Assembly (NCBI GenBank): GCA_965223335.1
Contig: OZ244991.1
Span: 64,001 to 128,000 of the forward strand
Source of the DNA: Thermodesulfobacteriota bacterium
GTDB taxonomy: Bacteria; Desulfobacterota_D; UBA1144; Nemesobacterales; UBA2774
Length of the DNA: 64,000 nt
Direction: 5' to 3'
Shown: one piece after another, positions 46,645 through 55,916 of the stretch
How the letters are laid out: the number at the start of each line of letters is the position of its first letter
Numbering within the stretch: position 1 is the stretch's first letter
Translations under genes and position numbers: made by a program
The notes under the pieces: model-generated
What the model saw: only the letters and a program-made list of their open reading frames with translations
Told to the model about the DNA's origin: nothing
Database searches by the model: none

Positions 46645-48921
46645 CTACCCTGCAGACGCCTCTTGCTTGTTTTCTTTTCCGTTGCCCACAGCATTTTTGT
46701 CCTGTTCAATGACGTTGCCGTCTTTGTCCAAGCGCTTGGTGTTGCGGCACTTCGGGTAACCGCTACAACCCAAAAACTTACCGAAACGCCCGCTTCTTTC
46801 CACCATGGGTTTCCCGCACCTCTCGCACTTTACATCCTCCCTCACCTCGGGCTCGGGCCTTTCAACGAGCTTAATATTGCCGTCTTCGTCGTACTCGAAT
46901 GCTTTGGTGTTTTTACAGTCCGGGAAGCTGGTGCACGCCAAAAACTCAACACCCCGCTTGCTTCTGCGGATAGCCATTGGTTTTCCACACTTTTCACACG
47001 GCACGTCCTCTCTGATAACGGGTTCAGCTATCTCTATAACTTTTATGTTACCGTCCTCATCGTACTCAAAGGGCTTTGCGTTTTTACAATCAGGGTACTT
47101 CGAGCAGGACAAAAACTCCCCTCTCTTACCCCACTTGATAATCATGGGTTCGCCGCATTTATCACACTCAATCTTAGTTGGAAGACCCTCGCGTTTGAGG
47201 TTCTTCATAGACTCATCGGCACCCTCAAGTCTTGTGGAGAAGTCCTGGTAAAAGCCCTTTAGAAGCTCGACCCAGTTTACGGTCCCGCCCTCTACTTCGT
47301 CCAGTTTCTCTTCCATCTCCGCGGTGAATTTTACGTCCATGATCTCGGGGAAGCCCTGGCTCAAGAGGTCGTTAACAGACCTGCCAAGCAGTGTGGGTTT
47401 AAGCGCCCTCTTTTCCCTCTCTACATATCCCCGGTCCTGTATTGTAGAGATAATAGTCGCATAGGTGGACGGTCTGCCAATCCCCTTTTCCTCTAGGTCT
47501 TTGACCAGAGAGCTCTCGGTGTACCTTGGAGGGGGCTGCGTGAAGTGTTGTTTGCCCTCGATGTTGATGAGATCGAGTACATCTCCCTTAGACATATCGG
47601 GCAGGCGTCTCTCTTCGTCTCGTTCCTTGGCCTCTTCTTCGTCTTCTTTCCCCTCTATATACACCGCGGAGTAGCCGTCGAATTTCACAACCGATCCTGT
47701 AACTCTGAACACAGCATCTCCAATGGTTATCTCCACCGTAGTCTGATCGAAGATCATCGGTTTCATCTGCGATGCCACAAACCTCTTCCATATCAGGTTG
47801 TAAAGGGCCAGTTCATCTTTGGAGAGATATTGCTTTACATCCTCGGGCACCTTGTTTACATAGGTGGGCCGAACAGCCTCGTGAGCGTCCTGGGCTGACT
47901 TCTTTACTTTAAATGTGTTTGGCTTTGATGGCAGATAGTCCCTGCCGTATTTATCCCCGATATAGGTCCTTGCCTCTCCCAGCGCATGCTCGGAGATTCG
48001 GACCGAGTCGGTTCTCATATATGTAATCAGTCCCACAGGACCCTCGGGCCCAAGCTCTATACCCTCGTAGAGCTTTTGCGCCAAGGCCATGGTTTTTCTA
48101 GCCGTATACCTGAGCTTTCTAGAGGCCTCTTGCTGCAGTGTACTGGTTATGAAAGGGGGCTGCGCATTTTTTTTCCTCTCTTTTTTCTCAATCGAGTCCA
48201 CAACGTACTGCTTTCCCTCAATCGACTGTAATATCGTATTGGACTCTTCGGCACTTGTTATCTTGGCTTTTTCACCCTGGAACTTATTTAAGACAGCAAT
48301 AAAAGATTTGTTTGGCTGGTCGGTGTTCCGTTTTAGCTCGGACTCAATGGTCCAGTACTCCTCAGGGTTAAACGCCTCTATGTCGCGCTCTCTGTCTACT
48401 ACGAGCTTAAGCGCTACACTCTGGACCCTGCCGGCACTAAGCCCCTTCATGACCTTTTTCCAAAGTATGGGGCTTACCTGGTACCCTACCAAACGATCCA
48501 GAATCCGGCGGGCCTGCTGTGCCTCGAACCTGTCTTGGCTAAGCTTCGTAGGGTTCTCAATGGATTCCTTTATAGCGTTCTCTGTGATCTCATGTATCAG
48601 CACCCGGCTCGACTTATCCCATATATTTAGGCGGTTTGCAATGTGCCATGCAATAGCCTCTCCCTCTCTGTCGGGGTCAGATGCCAGGTATACGTTTTCT
48701 GCATCTTTAGCGGCTTTTTTTAGCTGGTTAAGGTATTTGCTTTTACCTTTAATTACTACATATTGCGGCTCGAAATTATTCTCAATATCCACACCCAGTT
48801 TACTGCTAGGCAGGTCTATCAGATGGCCCGAAGATGCCTCGACCTCAAAATCCTTGCCGAGGTATTTTTTTATGGTCTTTGCCTTAGCAGGCGACTCAAC
48901 TATTACAAGCGATTTAGACAT
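46645..48921 (-). CDS. topA: DNA topoisomerase I with three C-terminal zinc ribbons
   Basis: 'LVIVESPAKAKTI', 'DPDREGEAI', 'SAGRVQS', 'LITYMRTDS', 'GIGRPSTYA'. Confidence 0.98.
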   Translation of the reverse strand: MSKSLVIVESPAKAKTIKKYLGKDFEVEASSGHLIDLPSSKLGVDIENNFEPQYVVIKGKSKYLNQLKKAAKDAENVYLASDPDREGEAIAWHIANRLNIWDKSSRVLIHEITENAIKESIENPTKLSQDRFEAQQARRILDRLVGYQVSPILWKKVMKGLSAGRVQSVALKLVVDRERDIEAFNPEEYWTIESELKRNTDQPNKSFIAVLNKFQGEKAKITSAEESNTILQSIEGKQYVVDSIEKKERKKNAQPPFITSTLQQEASRKLRYTARKTMALAQKLYEGIELGPEGPVGLITYMRTDSVRISEHALGEARTYIGDKYGRDYLPSKPNTFKVKKSAQDAHEAVRPTYVNKVPEDVKQYLSKDELALYNLIWKRFVASQMKPMIFDQTTVEITIGDAVFRVTGSVVKFDGYSAVYIEGKEDEEEAKERDEERRLPDMSKGDVLDLINIEGKQHFTQPPPRYTESSLVKDLEEKGIGRPSTYATIISTIQDRGYVEREKRALKPTLLGRSVNDLLSQGFPEIMDVKFTAEMEEKLDEVEGGTVNWVELLKGFYQDFSTRLEGADESMKNLKREGLPTKIECDKCGEPMIIKWGKRGEFLSCSKYPDCKNAKPFEYDEDGNIKVIEIAEPVIREDVPCEKCGKPMAIRRSKRGVEFLACTSFPDCKNTKAFEYDEDGNIKLVERPEPEVREDVKCERCGKPMVERSGRFGKFLGCSGYPKCRNTKRLDKDGNVIEQDKNAVGNGKENKQEASAG

Positions 48922-49245
48922 TTAACAATCCCCAACATATCCAAGTTGTTCATATTAAGATTAATGACAAAACTGGATGATTCAAATTTTTAGTGGCATT
49001 TTACCTGACTTTATCCATTTGCAACACAATAATTCATTATAAATGTTTAATTTTTTTCGGTTTGTGTGGAATTAGACAATAAAAGATAATTAATACAATT
49101 ATTGTCGTGGATTTGCACACAGCGAACAATATTTGCACAATTTCATAGTATATATTGATTCGAATCTACCATTCATGAGGTGTAACTCCCTATTCTCACT
49201 TGCTATTTATAGATATAACTATGCAATAATAAGAGATCATTAAAT

Positions 49246-49261
49246 CGGCATATTTATTGCA
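49246..49261 (+). promoter_or_regulatory. Possible sigma54 (-24/-12) promoter
   Basis: CGGCATATTTATTGCA has exact GG-N10-GC spacing, but lies only 13 nt before the ATG. Confidence 0.35.
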
Positions 49262-49274
49262 TTAAGATACAAAC

Positions 49275-49868
49275 ATGGCTAAAAGGAATACCTCAATACT
49301 CCTAGCTTCTGATTCAAAGTTGTTTCTGGAAGGGACAGAGAAACTTCTAGAGAATAGCGAAGGCATAAAAATTGTGGGAACTGCAACTAATATCAGTTCA
49401 GTTGAAAAATTAATAAACGAAAAAACGCCTGACTACCTGCTGTTGGATGACCGCTCGGACAACCTACAGATAGGCCAGATCCTAACACTAACCAACGTAA
49501 AGAATTCCACGGTAGAACTGATCCTCTTTAGCGAAAACGACGTTAACAACACAATAAATCTAAAATCCGTAAATCTGCTCTATATAACCGAACCCTCGGA
49601 TTTAATCGATGTATTGATTAACGGCAAGGCCTCTTATATCCGCAAGAGTCGAAGCATTACAACCAATCCCTGCAACATTACTGAAGCCGAGCATAAGGTA
49701 ATCGATTTGATTGCATCGGGGCATACGAATAAAGAGATCGCCTCCACACTTCATATAAGTCCTAAGACTGTAAAGGCTCATATAACGAGCATCTTTGTCA
49801 AACTCGATATTCAAAACCGTTACCAGCTAATGGTATATGGAAAGAGAAATAAAAGGGTGGCAATCTAA
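49275..49868 (+). CDS. LuxR-family regulator with degenerate receiver-like domain
   Basis: C-terminal HTH 'ITEAEHKVIDLIASGHTNKEIASTLHISPKTVKAH'; N-terminal REC-like region with 'LLDD'. Confidence 0.85.
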   Translation: MAKRNTSILLASDSKLFLEGTEKLLENSEGIKIVGTATNISSVEKLINEKTPDYLLLDDRSDNLQIGQILTLTNVKNSTVELILFSENDVNNTINLKSVNLLYITEPSDLIDVLINGKASYIRKSRSITTNPCNITEAEHKVIDLIASGHTNKEIASTLHISPKTVKAHITSIFVKLDIQNRYQLMVYGKRNKRVAI

Positions 49869-49874
49869 GCGGCT

Positions 49875-51185
49875 CTATTTGCTCTTACCCCTGCCCACAC
49901 CGAAATAATCAAAACCCATCTCCACAAGCTTACGCGGGTCGTATAGGTTTCTTCCGTCAAATATCACAGGGTTTTCCATCTCCTCTTTCATCTTCCCGAA
50001 ATCTGGCTGGCGGTACTCGTTCCACTCGGTATTTATCACCAGTGCATCCACACCCCGACACACTTCATAGTTGGAGTTCGCATACTCTACCCTATCACCC
50101 ATAAGCTCCTTTACATTATCCATCGCAACCGGGTCGTGAACACTCACCACAGCACCACTCTCTAGGAGCCTCTCGATTATATAGAGCGAGGGTGCCTCTC
50201 TGATGTCATCGGTCTTGGGCTTAAACGATAGCCCCCAAACACCTACTTTTTTACCCTCCAGATTCCCGCCGAAATATGTATCGATTTTATTCCAGAAATT
50301 CGCTCTCTGATTATTATTTACCTCGTCGGTTGCCTTGCAAAGTATGAGTTCATAGCCAAGACTCTCTCCGGTGCTGATTAGCGCTTTTACATCCTTTGGG
50401 AAACACGACCCCCCATAGCCAAGCCCTGGGAATAGGAAATGCCGCCCTATCCTGTCATCGGATCCAAGCGCCATCCTTATCTCCGACACATCCGCCCCCA
50501 CCTTCTCGGACAGATTGGCGATCTCGTTCATAAAAGAAATCCTCGTGGCCAGCATGGCGTTGGCCGCATATTTAGCCAGCTCAGACGACCTGATCGACAT
50601 CACAAACGTCCTGTCGCGCGATCTCATAAACGGGGCATAGAGCTCCTTAAGCACCCCTCCCACCGAGGGCTTGTCCACACCTATAATCACCCTATCGGGC
50701 TTCATGAAGTCCCCGACCGCTGCCCCCTCTTTTAAAAACTCGGGGTTTGACGCAACGTCGAATTCACTAGGGGCATTTTTGCTAATCTCAGTCGCCACTT
50801 TCTCAGTAGTCCCCACGGGTACAGTACTCTTGGTTACTACAATTTTGTAATCGTCTATGATCTCACCTATAGTCCTTGCAACACTAAGCACCGAACCGAT
50901 ATCTGCCGAGCCGTCATCTTGGGGCGGGGTACCGACCGCAATAAAAACGATAAATGATCTCCCCACTGCATCCTCAATATCAGTAGTGAACTTGAGACGT
51001 CCCTCATCTATGTTCTTTTTTACGATCTCGTCTAGCCCCGGTTCATAAAAAGGTACAACACCTTTTTTAAGGTTTTCGACCTTTTTCTCGTCAATATCAA
51101 CACATATAACGTTATTCCCACTCCCCGCAAAACACGCCCCAGTCACAAGCCCTACATAGCCGGTACCAACCATACATAGATTCAT
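49875..51185 (-). CDS. ugd: UDP-glucose 6-dehydrogenase (start reassigned to ATG 51185)
   Basis: 'GTGYVGL', 'KSTVPVGT', 'SNPEFLKEG', 'GYGGSCFPKD', 'FKPKTDDIRE'. Confidence 0.93.
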   Translation of the reverse strand: MNLCMVGTGYVGLVTGACFAGSGNNVICVDIDEKKVENLKKGVVPFYEPGLDEIVKKNIDEGRLKFTTDIEDAVGRSFIVFIAVGTPPQDDGSADIGSVLSVARTIGEIIDDYKIVVTKSTVPVGTTEKVATEISKNAPSEFDVASNPEFLKEGAAVGDFMKPDRVIIGVDKPSVGGVLKELYAPFMRSRDRTFVMSIRSSELAKYAANAMLATRISFMNEIANLSEKVGADVSEIRMALGSDDRIGRHFLFPGLGYGGSCFPKDVKALISTGESLGYELILCKATDEVNNNQRANFWNKIDTYFGGNLEGKKVGVWGLSFKPKTDDIREAPSLYIIERLLESGAVVSVHDPVAMDNVKELMGDRVEYANSNYEVCRGVDALVINTEWNEYRQPDFGKMKEEMENPVIFDGRNLYDPRKLVEMGFDYFGVGRGKSK

Positions 51186-51320
51186 CTCAGTACATCTCCT
51201 AAACAAAATGGTTTCGATATTACGTTAATTCAATATACGTAAGAATACAGCCGGTTATTAGAATACTAAAAATTTCTTGGATGTATATAACCCGATGCGG
51301 CTATTTTTAATACTCTGGGG

Positions 51321-52013
51321 CTAGCTAATAAATCCGTGGCGGAACCCAAACAGTATGAGCTCGGATCTATTCTTTACAGACAGTTTTTTAAACACCTTGT
51401 AGAGATGGAATTTCACAGTTTTTTCACTTATATATAATTCATTTGCAATGTCTTTATTTGTGCAGCCGTTTAGAACCAGTTTAATTATTTTTATCTCGGT
51501 TTCTGTAAGCTCATAAATCTGTTGTTTGCTGCCATTTTTCCCCTCGCCCTTAGAAGAGTAGTTATTGCCGTCTACGACCTTACCCATGATCTTGCGCTCG
51601 ACCCAGAGCTCTCCACTGCTAACCGCCTTCACCGACTTTACCAGGTGCTGCGAGTCAGTGTCCTTAAGCAAATAGCCCCTTACACCCGAGCGTATTGCAT
51701 TTATAAGAAGGTTTTCGTTATAGTCGTTATCCACTATCAGAATTATTTTCGCACCCTTGATCTTCTTTATAAAACTAAGGATTTTAGTCAGGTTGAGACC
51801 ACGCAGATCAACATCGAGGAGTATTACGTCAAACTCCTGTTCCTCGCAGGCCTCTATCAAATCGATAAGATTGGATATACGTGCGACCACGCTGATGTCG
51901 GAATCGTCCTCCAGGATCTTCGAGATACCTTCACGCAGCAGAGGGTATTTGCAGGCAACGATGATTTTAATCTCTTCCTGTTTCTTTTTCGCCGTACTGG
52001 TTTTATTTGACAT
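51321..52013 (-). CDS. NarL/LuxR-family regulator with atypical receiver
   Basis: REC 'VILLDVDL', 'GVRGYLLKD', 'GELWVERK'; HTH 'LTETE..GCTNKDIANELYISEKTVKFHL'. Confidence 0.9.
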   Translation of the reverse strand: MSNKTSTAKKKQEEIKIIVACKYPLLREGISKILEDDSDISVVARISNLIDLIEACEEQEFDVILLDVDLRGLNLTKILSFIKKIKGAKIILIVDNDYNENLLINAIRSGVRGYLLKDTDSQHLVKSVKAVSSGELWVERKIMGKVVDGNNYSSKGEGKNGSKQQIYELTETEIKIIKLVLNGCTNKDIANELYISEKTVKFHLYKVFKKLSVKNRSELILFGFRHGFIS

Positions 52014-52181
52014 AGCTATTTATCAGAGTTGACAGTTAGATAGGCCTTACTATTCAACCCATCTCACGTATATAAGTTATAACTTTAAACTGATCCTCCC
52101 CTTATAATTAGAGGGCAAAAGTATTAAAATGTCAACATACTTTAGTATTATCTGGAATTAAGACTAAAGTAAGCAGTAGTG

Positions 52182-53306
52182 TTACCGGTCAGGGATATGA
52201 AACATCTTACCCGGGGTTTGTCTAACGAGATCGTGTAGCTCTAAGTATAGAAGGATGGATAGAATCTTAGAAGAATCCATACCGCATTCCCTTGTAATCT
52301 GGTCAATATGTATGGGATCCTCACCCAATTTTGTATAAACCGCTGTTTGATCCGGTGAGAGCTCGGGGAGTGGTTTGGGTTTTTTAAGCTCCTTTTTCCT
52401 GGGTTCTAAATCACCCAGCAGAGCTATCTCTTTAATAATGTCCTCGGCTGAATCTATGGGCTTGGCCCCGTTTTTAAGCAGCCAGTTCGTACCCTTGCTG
52501 AGCGCACTTGTGATCCTGCCGGGCACCGCAAAGACCTCTCTATTCTGATCAAGCGCGTACGAGGCCGTAATCAGCGAGCCGCTTTTCTGTGTAGCTTGCA
52601 CAACTACCACACCCAGCGAAAGCCCGCTTATAACACGGTTTCGTCTGGGGAAATTTTTCTGCTCAGGTTTAGTACCCAACTGAAACTCTGACAGCACCGC
52701 ACCCGATTTCGTAATCTTCTCATAAAGAAGCCTGTTCTCAGGCGGGTAAATCACATCGAGACCCGACCCGAGCACCGCGATTGTCCTGCCCCCTGCTTCG
52801 AGTGCGGCACGGTGGGCGATAGAATCAATCCCCCGTGCCATACCGCTTACCACCGTAATCCCCCGCTCCGAAAGCCCCCGTGCGATCTTGCGCGTGGCCT
52901 GCTCGCCGTAATGATCCGGTATCCGTGAGCCCACAATTGCGATTGCCAGGTCGTCCGATCCCTCTATCTCCCCGTGCATATATAAAACCGGGGGAGGGTT
53001 GTATGTGTTGAACAGGTATTGTGGGTAGGCAGGGTCGGCAAGTGTCAGTATCCCACAGTTCTCTTTTTGGATAGTCTCTATTTCTTTATCAACCGATACC
53101 CAATCTGAGAACTCTTTTACAGCATTGCCCACCTTCTCATTGATCCCTTCAACACTGACTATATCTCTATAAGACGCATTAAAGATGGCCTTGGGGTCTT
53201 TGAACTTCGCGAGGAGTTGGCGGGCCAGTACATCTCCTACACCATAAATCTTGCGTAGCGCAATCCAGTACTTAAGGCCGTCGGGATTCGTCATTTTAAT
53301 AAACAA
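52182..53306 (-). CDS. dprA: DNA-processing protein DprA (start may be ATG 53294)
   Basis: 'AIVGSR', 'VVSGMARGIDSIAH', 'NFPRRNRVISG', 'SGSLITA', 'FAVPG'. Confidence 0.95.
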   Translation of the reverse strand: MFIKMTNPDGLKYWIALRKIYGVGDVLARQLLAKFKDPKAIFNASYRDIVSVEGINEKVGNAVKEFSDWVSVDKEIETIQKENCGILTLADPAYPQYLFNTYNPPPVLYMHGEIEGSDDLAIAIVGSRIPDHYGEQATRKIARGLSERGITVVSGMARGIDSIAHRAALEAGGRTIAVLGSGLDVIYPPENRLLYEKITKSGAVLSEFQLGTKPEQKNFPRRNRVISGLSLGVVVVQATQKSGSLITASYALDQNREVFAVPGRITSALSKGTNWLLKNGAKPIDSAEDIIKEIALLGDLEPRKKELKKPKPLPELSPDQTAVYTKLGEDPIHIDQITRECGMDSSKILSILLYLELHDLVRQTPGKMFHIPDR

Positions 53307-53360
53307 TTAACATTTTATACCGAGTCCATCAAGATACGTTTTGCACTGTTAAATAGTATT

Positions 53361-53654
53361 TTAACCGAGTTTAGACTCGAGGCTCTCGAGCTTGCCCTCC
53401 ATTGTATAGGGTTTATCGTACCTATCGCTTATTCGAAGCACCGTACTTATGCGTGCGGCCCCCATTGCATTTAGCCTGGTGTGACACTGTCTCAGCAGCG
53501 GCGTGATATCGTCCCATCCACATTCAATATTCGTCCCCATGGAATGCGACTCGTAACGAAGCCCCATCGACTCTATGACCCTAATCACCTCTGCCACATA
53601 GTTCGAGAGGGATGTACCTACACCTATAGGGATTACGATGAGCTCTACAATCAT
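53361..53654 (-). CDS. MTH1187/thiamine-binding-protein family (start reassigned to ATG 53654)
   Basis: 'VIPIGVGTSLSNYVA', 'SMGTNIE', 'RIST.LRI.DR.DK'; SD GGAGG. Confidence 0.85.
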   Translation of the reverse strand: MIVELIVIPIGVGTSLSNYVAEVIRVIESMGLRYESHSMGTNIECGWDDITPLLRQCHTRLNAMGAARISTVLRISDRYDKPYTMEGKLESLESKLG

Positions 53655-53770
53655 AACTACCTCCATACGCCTGATTATTGCAACTATTGTACACACTCAA
53701 TTTACATAGATTTAGGACTTTGATAACCTCTAATTATGTAATACCAATAATATCTTTAAGGAGGCCCGTT

Positions 53771-54184
53771 ATGAGATCCCATACAGAGTATCTGTGGTTC
53801 GAAACACCTAAGAAGAGGGAGATGGTTCATATCACAGACACTATAAGCGATATTGTAACAAAGAGCAGCATCACTGAGGGTATGGTACTTGTATCTGCGA
53901 TGCATATAACAGCAGCCGTATACGTTAATGACCACGAGTACGGGCTTATTGAGGACATATGGGAGTGGCTCGAGGGACTCGCCCCTTTTAAGTCCGATTA
54001 CCGCCACCACAACACAGGCGAGGACAACGGCGACGCTCACCTAAAGAACCTTATCATGCACCACCAAGTCATAGTCCCCATCACCAAGGGAGAGCTTGAC
54101 CTGGGGCCATGGCAGAGGATCTTTTATGCAGAGTTCGACGGCCAGAGAAGAAAGAGGGTAGTAGTCAAAGTGCTAGGTGAATAA
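53771..54184 (+). CDS. yjbQ: YjbQ/UPF0047 family protein (start reassigned to ATG 53771)
   Basis: '[11 protein letters not shown]', '[16 protein letters not shown]', '[14 protein letters not shown]'; SD AAGGAGG. Confidence 0.9.
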   Translation: MRSHTEYLWFETPKKREMVHITDTISDIVTKSSITEGMVLVSAMHITAAVYVNDHEYGLIEDIWEWLEGLAPFKSDYRHHNTGEDNGDAHLKNLIMHHQVIVPITKGELDLGPWQRIFYAEFDGQRRKRVVVKVLGE

Positions 54185-54229
54185 ATCTATCAGTGATCCG
54201 CAAGGATTTGAATTTGTTATAATTATGCA

Positions 54230-54697
54230 ATGAGCCCCGACAACAACATAGAGCAAAAGCCCAGGTTTTACATAGACAAAGACTGCAACTGGTACCAAGA
54301 CGGCATCAAAATACGTCACAGACGGACCTATCTTTACAATAACAAGCTCCTGGATCGAGACAGCGACGGCAACTACTTCCTCGACGAGGGGAGCGGCAGG
54401 ATGTACATCGAGGTCGAGGACACGCCTTTTGTTGTGAGAATGGTATACAGACGAAACGGCACACTATATATTAGGCTAAACGACGAGACGGAAGAGGTGC
54501 TTGACCCAAACCTTCTTGTACTAAACTCAGAGAATGTACCCTACACCAAAGTTAAGTCCCAACGTTTCGACGCACGGTTTATGCGCCCCGCCTACTATGA
54601 ACTGATGAAGCAGCTTGAGGAAGACGATGGTGAGTACTATCTAACAATAAAAGATGTTAGCTACCCTATAAAGAGGTCATCGAAGACAAAACCTTAG
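54230..54697 (+). CDS. Hypothetical protein, DUF1285-like
   Basis: 'IDKDCNWYQDG', 'IEVEDTPFVV', 'PY..V....ARFMRPAYYEL'; 32-nt convergent overlap with hemW. Confidence 0.65.
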   Translation: MSPDNNIEQKPRFYIDKDCNWYQDGIKIRHRRTYLYNNKLLDRDSDGNYFLDEGSGRMYIEVEDTPFVVRMVYRRNGTLYIRLNDETEEVLDPNLLVLNSENVPYTKVKSQRFDARFMRPAYYELMKQLEEDDGEYYLTIKDVSYPIKRSSKTKP

Positions 54698-55835
54698 CGA
54701 TCAGATCGTCGGAATAGTACCTGCCCTTTTGAGTCAAAAATATTTTCTGATCCTCGATCTTTATGAACCGGTCCCGAGTAAGGTGGCTTATCTTTTCAAT
54801 CTCGGCTTTAGTCTCGAACTCATTCTCAAGTTGAGCGTAATCTATGCCACCCGAGAGTCTAAGTCCCATGAGAACCCTGTCGGTCAAGGCCTCTTGTTTT
54901 GACAGACACTCGGCCCAGTCCACGGGTCTGCGCCCCTTTACAACCTCGGCCATGTATTTGCGGGGCAGCTTATAATTTGCCCACCTCTTGCCCCAAGGTG
55001 CACTGGCAAAGCTCTTTATATGAGAGTGCGCACCCGCACCCAGGCCCAGGTACTCGTCACCCCGCCAATAGAGCAGGTTGTGCCTGCACTCACAGCCCGG
55101 CCGGGCATAGTTCGACAACTCATACTGCGTGTAACCCTCGGATTCGAGCCTCGCGTTCACAAGCTCCATCATCTCCCTTATGCTCTGGTCGGTGGGCAGG
55201 TCCAGTCTGCCGGTCGAGAACATCTTTCCAAACACCGTGCCCGGCTCAATGGTAAGGCAGTAGGCCGAGATGTGCGTGGTCCCAGCACCGAGCGCACAGT
55301 TGATATCGTGTTCAAGCTCCTCCAATGTTTCCATTCCCGTACCGTAGATTAAATCCAGGTTCGAGTTCTCATATCCGGCGCGATTTATGTCCTTTAGTAT
55401 TTGTAAGCCCTCAAGCGGGCTGTTTAGTCTTCCCAGATAGTTTAACTTGCGCTCTGAAAACGATTGGATACCAACGCTTATTCTGTTTACCCCTGCCGAA
55501 CGAAACTCTTTTAGTTTCTTGAGGTCGGCTGTCTTAGGATTTACCTCTAGTGTGATCTCGATATCATCCCTACTACCTAGATTGTGTAAAACCCCCTCAA
55601 TAACCACTGCTATATTCTTTGCAGAGAATAGCGACGGGGTGCCGCCGCCAAAAAAGATAGAGCCCGGCACTTTGCCCTGGAGCTCATTTTTATAGCTTTC
55701 TAATTCACTCATTAGGGCCCCGGTGTACTCATCTTCAGGGTAATCAGTCCCCACGCCATAAGAGTTGAAGTCACAGTACGGACACTTGGTCAGACAGTAC
55801 GGGATGTGCACATACACACCGAAATCATTGGACAT
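54666..55835 (-). CDS. hemW: Radical SAM heme chaperone HemW
   Basis: 'YVHIPYCLTKCPYCDFN', 'FFGGGTPS', 'YELSNY', 'HNLLYW', 'YLGLGAGAH'. Confidence 0.92.
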   Translation of the reverse strand: MSNDFGVYVHIPYCLTKCPYCDFNSYGVGTDYPEDEYTGALMSELESYKNELQGKVPGSIFFGGGTPSLFSAKNIAVVIEGVLHNLGSRDDIEITLEVNPKTADLKKLKEFRSAGVNRISVGIQSFSERKLNYLGRLNSPLEGLQILKDINRAGYENSNLDLIYGTGMETLEELEHDINCALGAGTTHISAYCLTIEPGTVFGKMFSTGRLDLPTDQSIREMMELVNARLESEGYTQYELSNYARPGCECRHNLLYWRGDEYLGLGAGAHSHIKSFASAPWGKRWANYKLPRKYMAEVVKGRRPVDWAECLSKQEALTDRVLMGLRLSGGIDYAQLENEFETKAEIEKISHLTRDRFIKIEDQKIFLTQKGRYYSDDLIAKVLSSMTSL

Positions 55836-55916
55836 ATCACTATTGTACGCTACGATTAGAATGTTGCAATTATTTGATATTCAAGTCATATTTAATTTAA
55901 TATTGAGCCTAAACAA

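Noticed and set aside
46690..47170. Repeated FEYDEDGNIK / CxxC units in the topA C-terminus
   Set aside because: Ordinary tandem zinc-ribbon repeats of topoisomerase I.
48089..48925. Long antisense ORFs (278 aa here; also 15932-16573, 23304-23960, 33368-33970, 46612-47262)
   Set aside because: Each lies opposite a well-conserved gene and shows no recognisable motif.
53676..53705. TGCAACTATTGT upstream of yjbQ, identical to part of the 6350 site
   Set aside because: No GTT element at the matching spacing, so not counted as a third ECF-like promoter.
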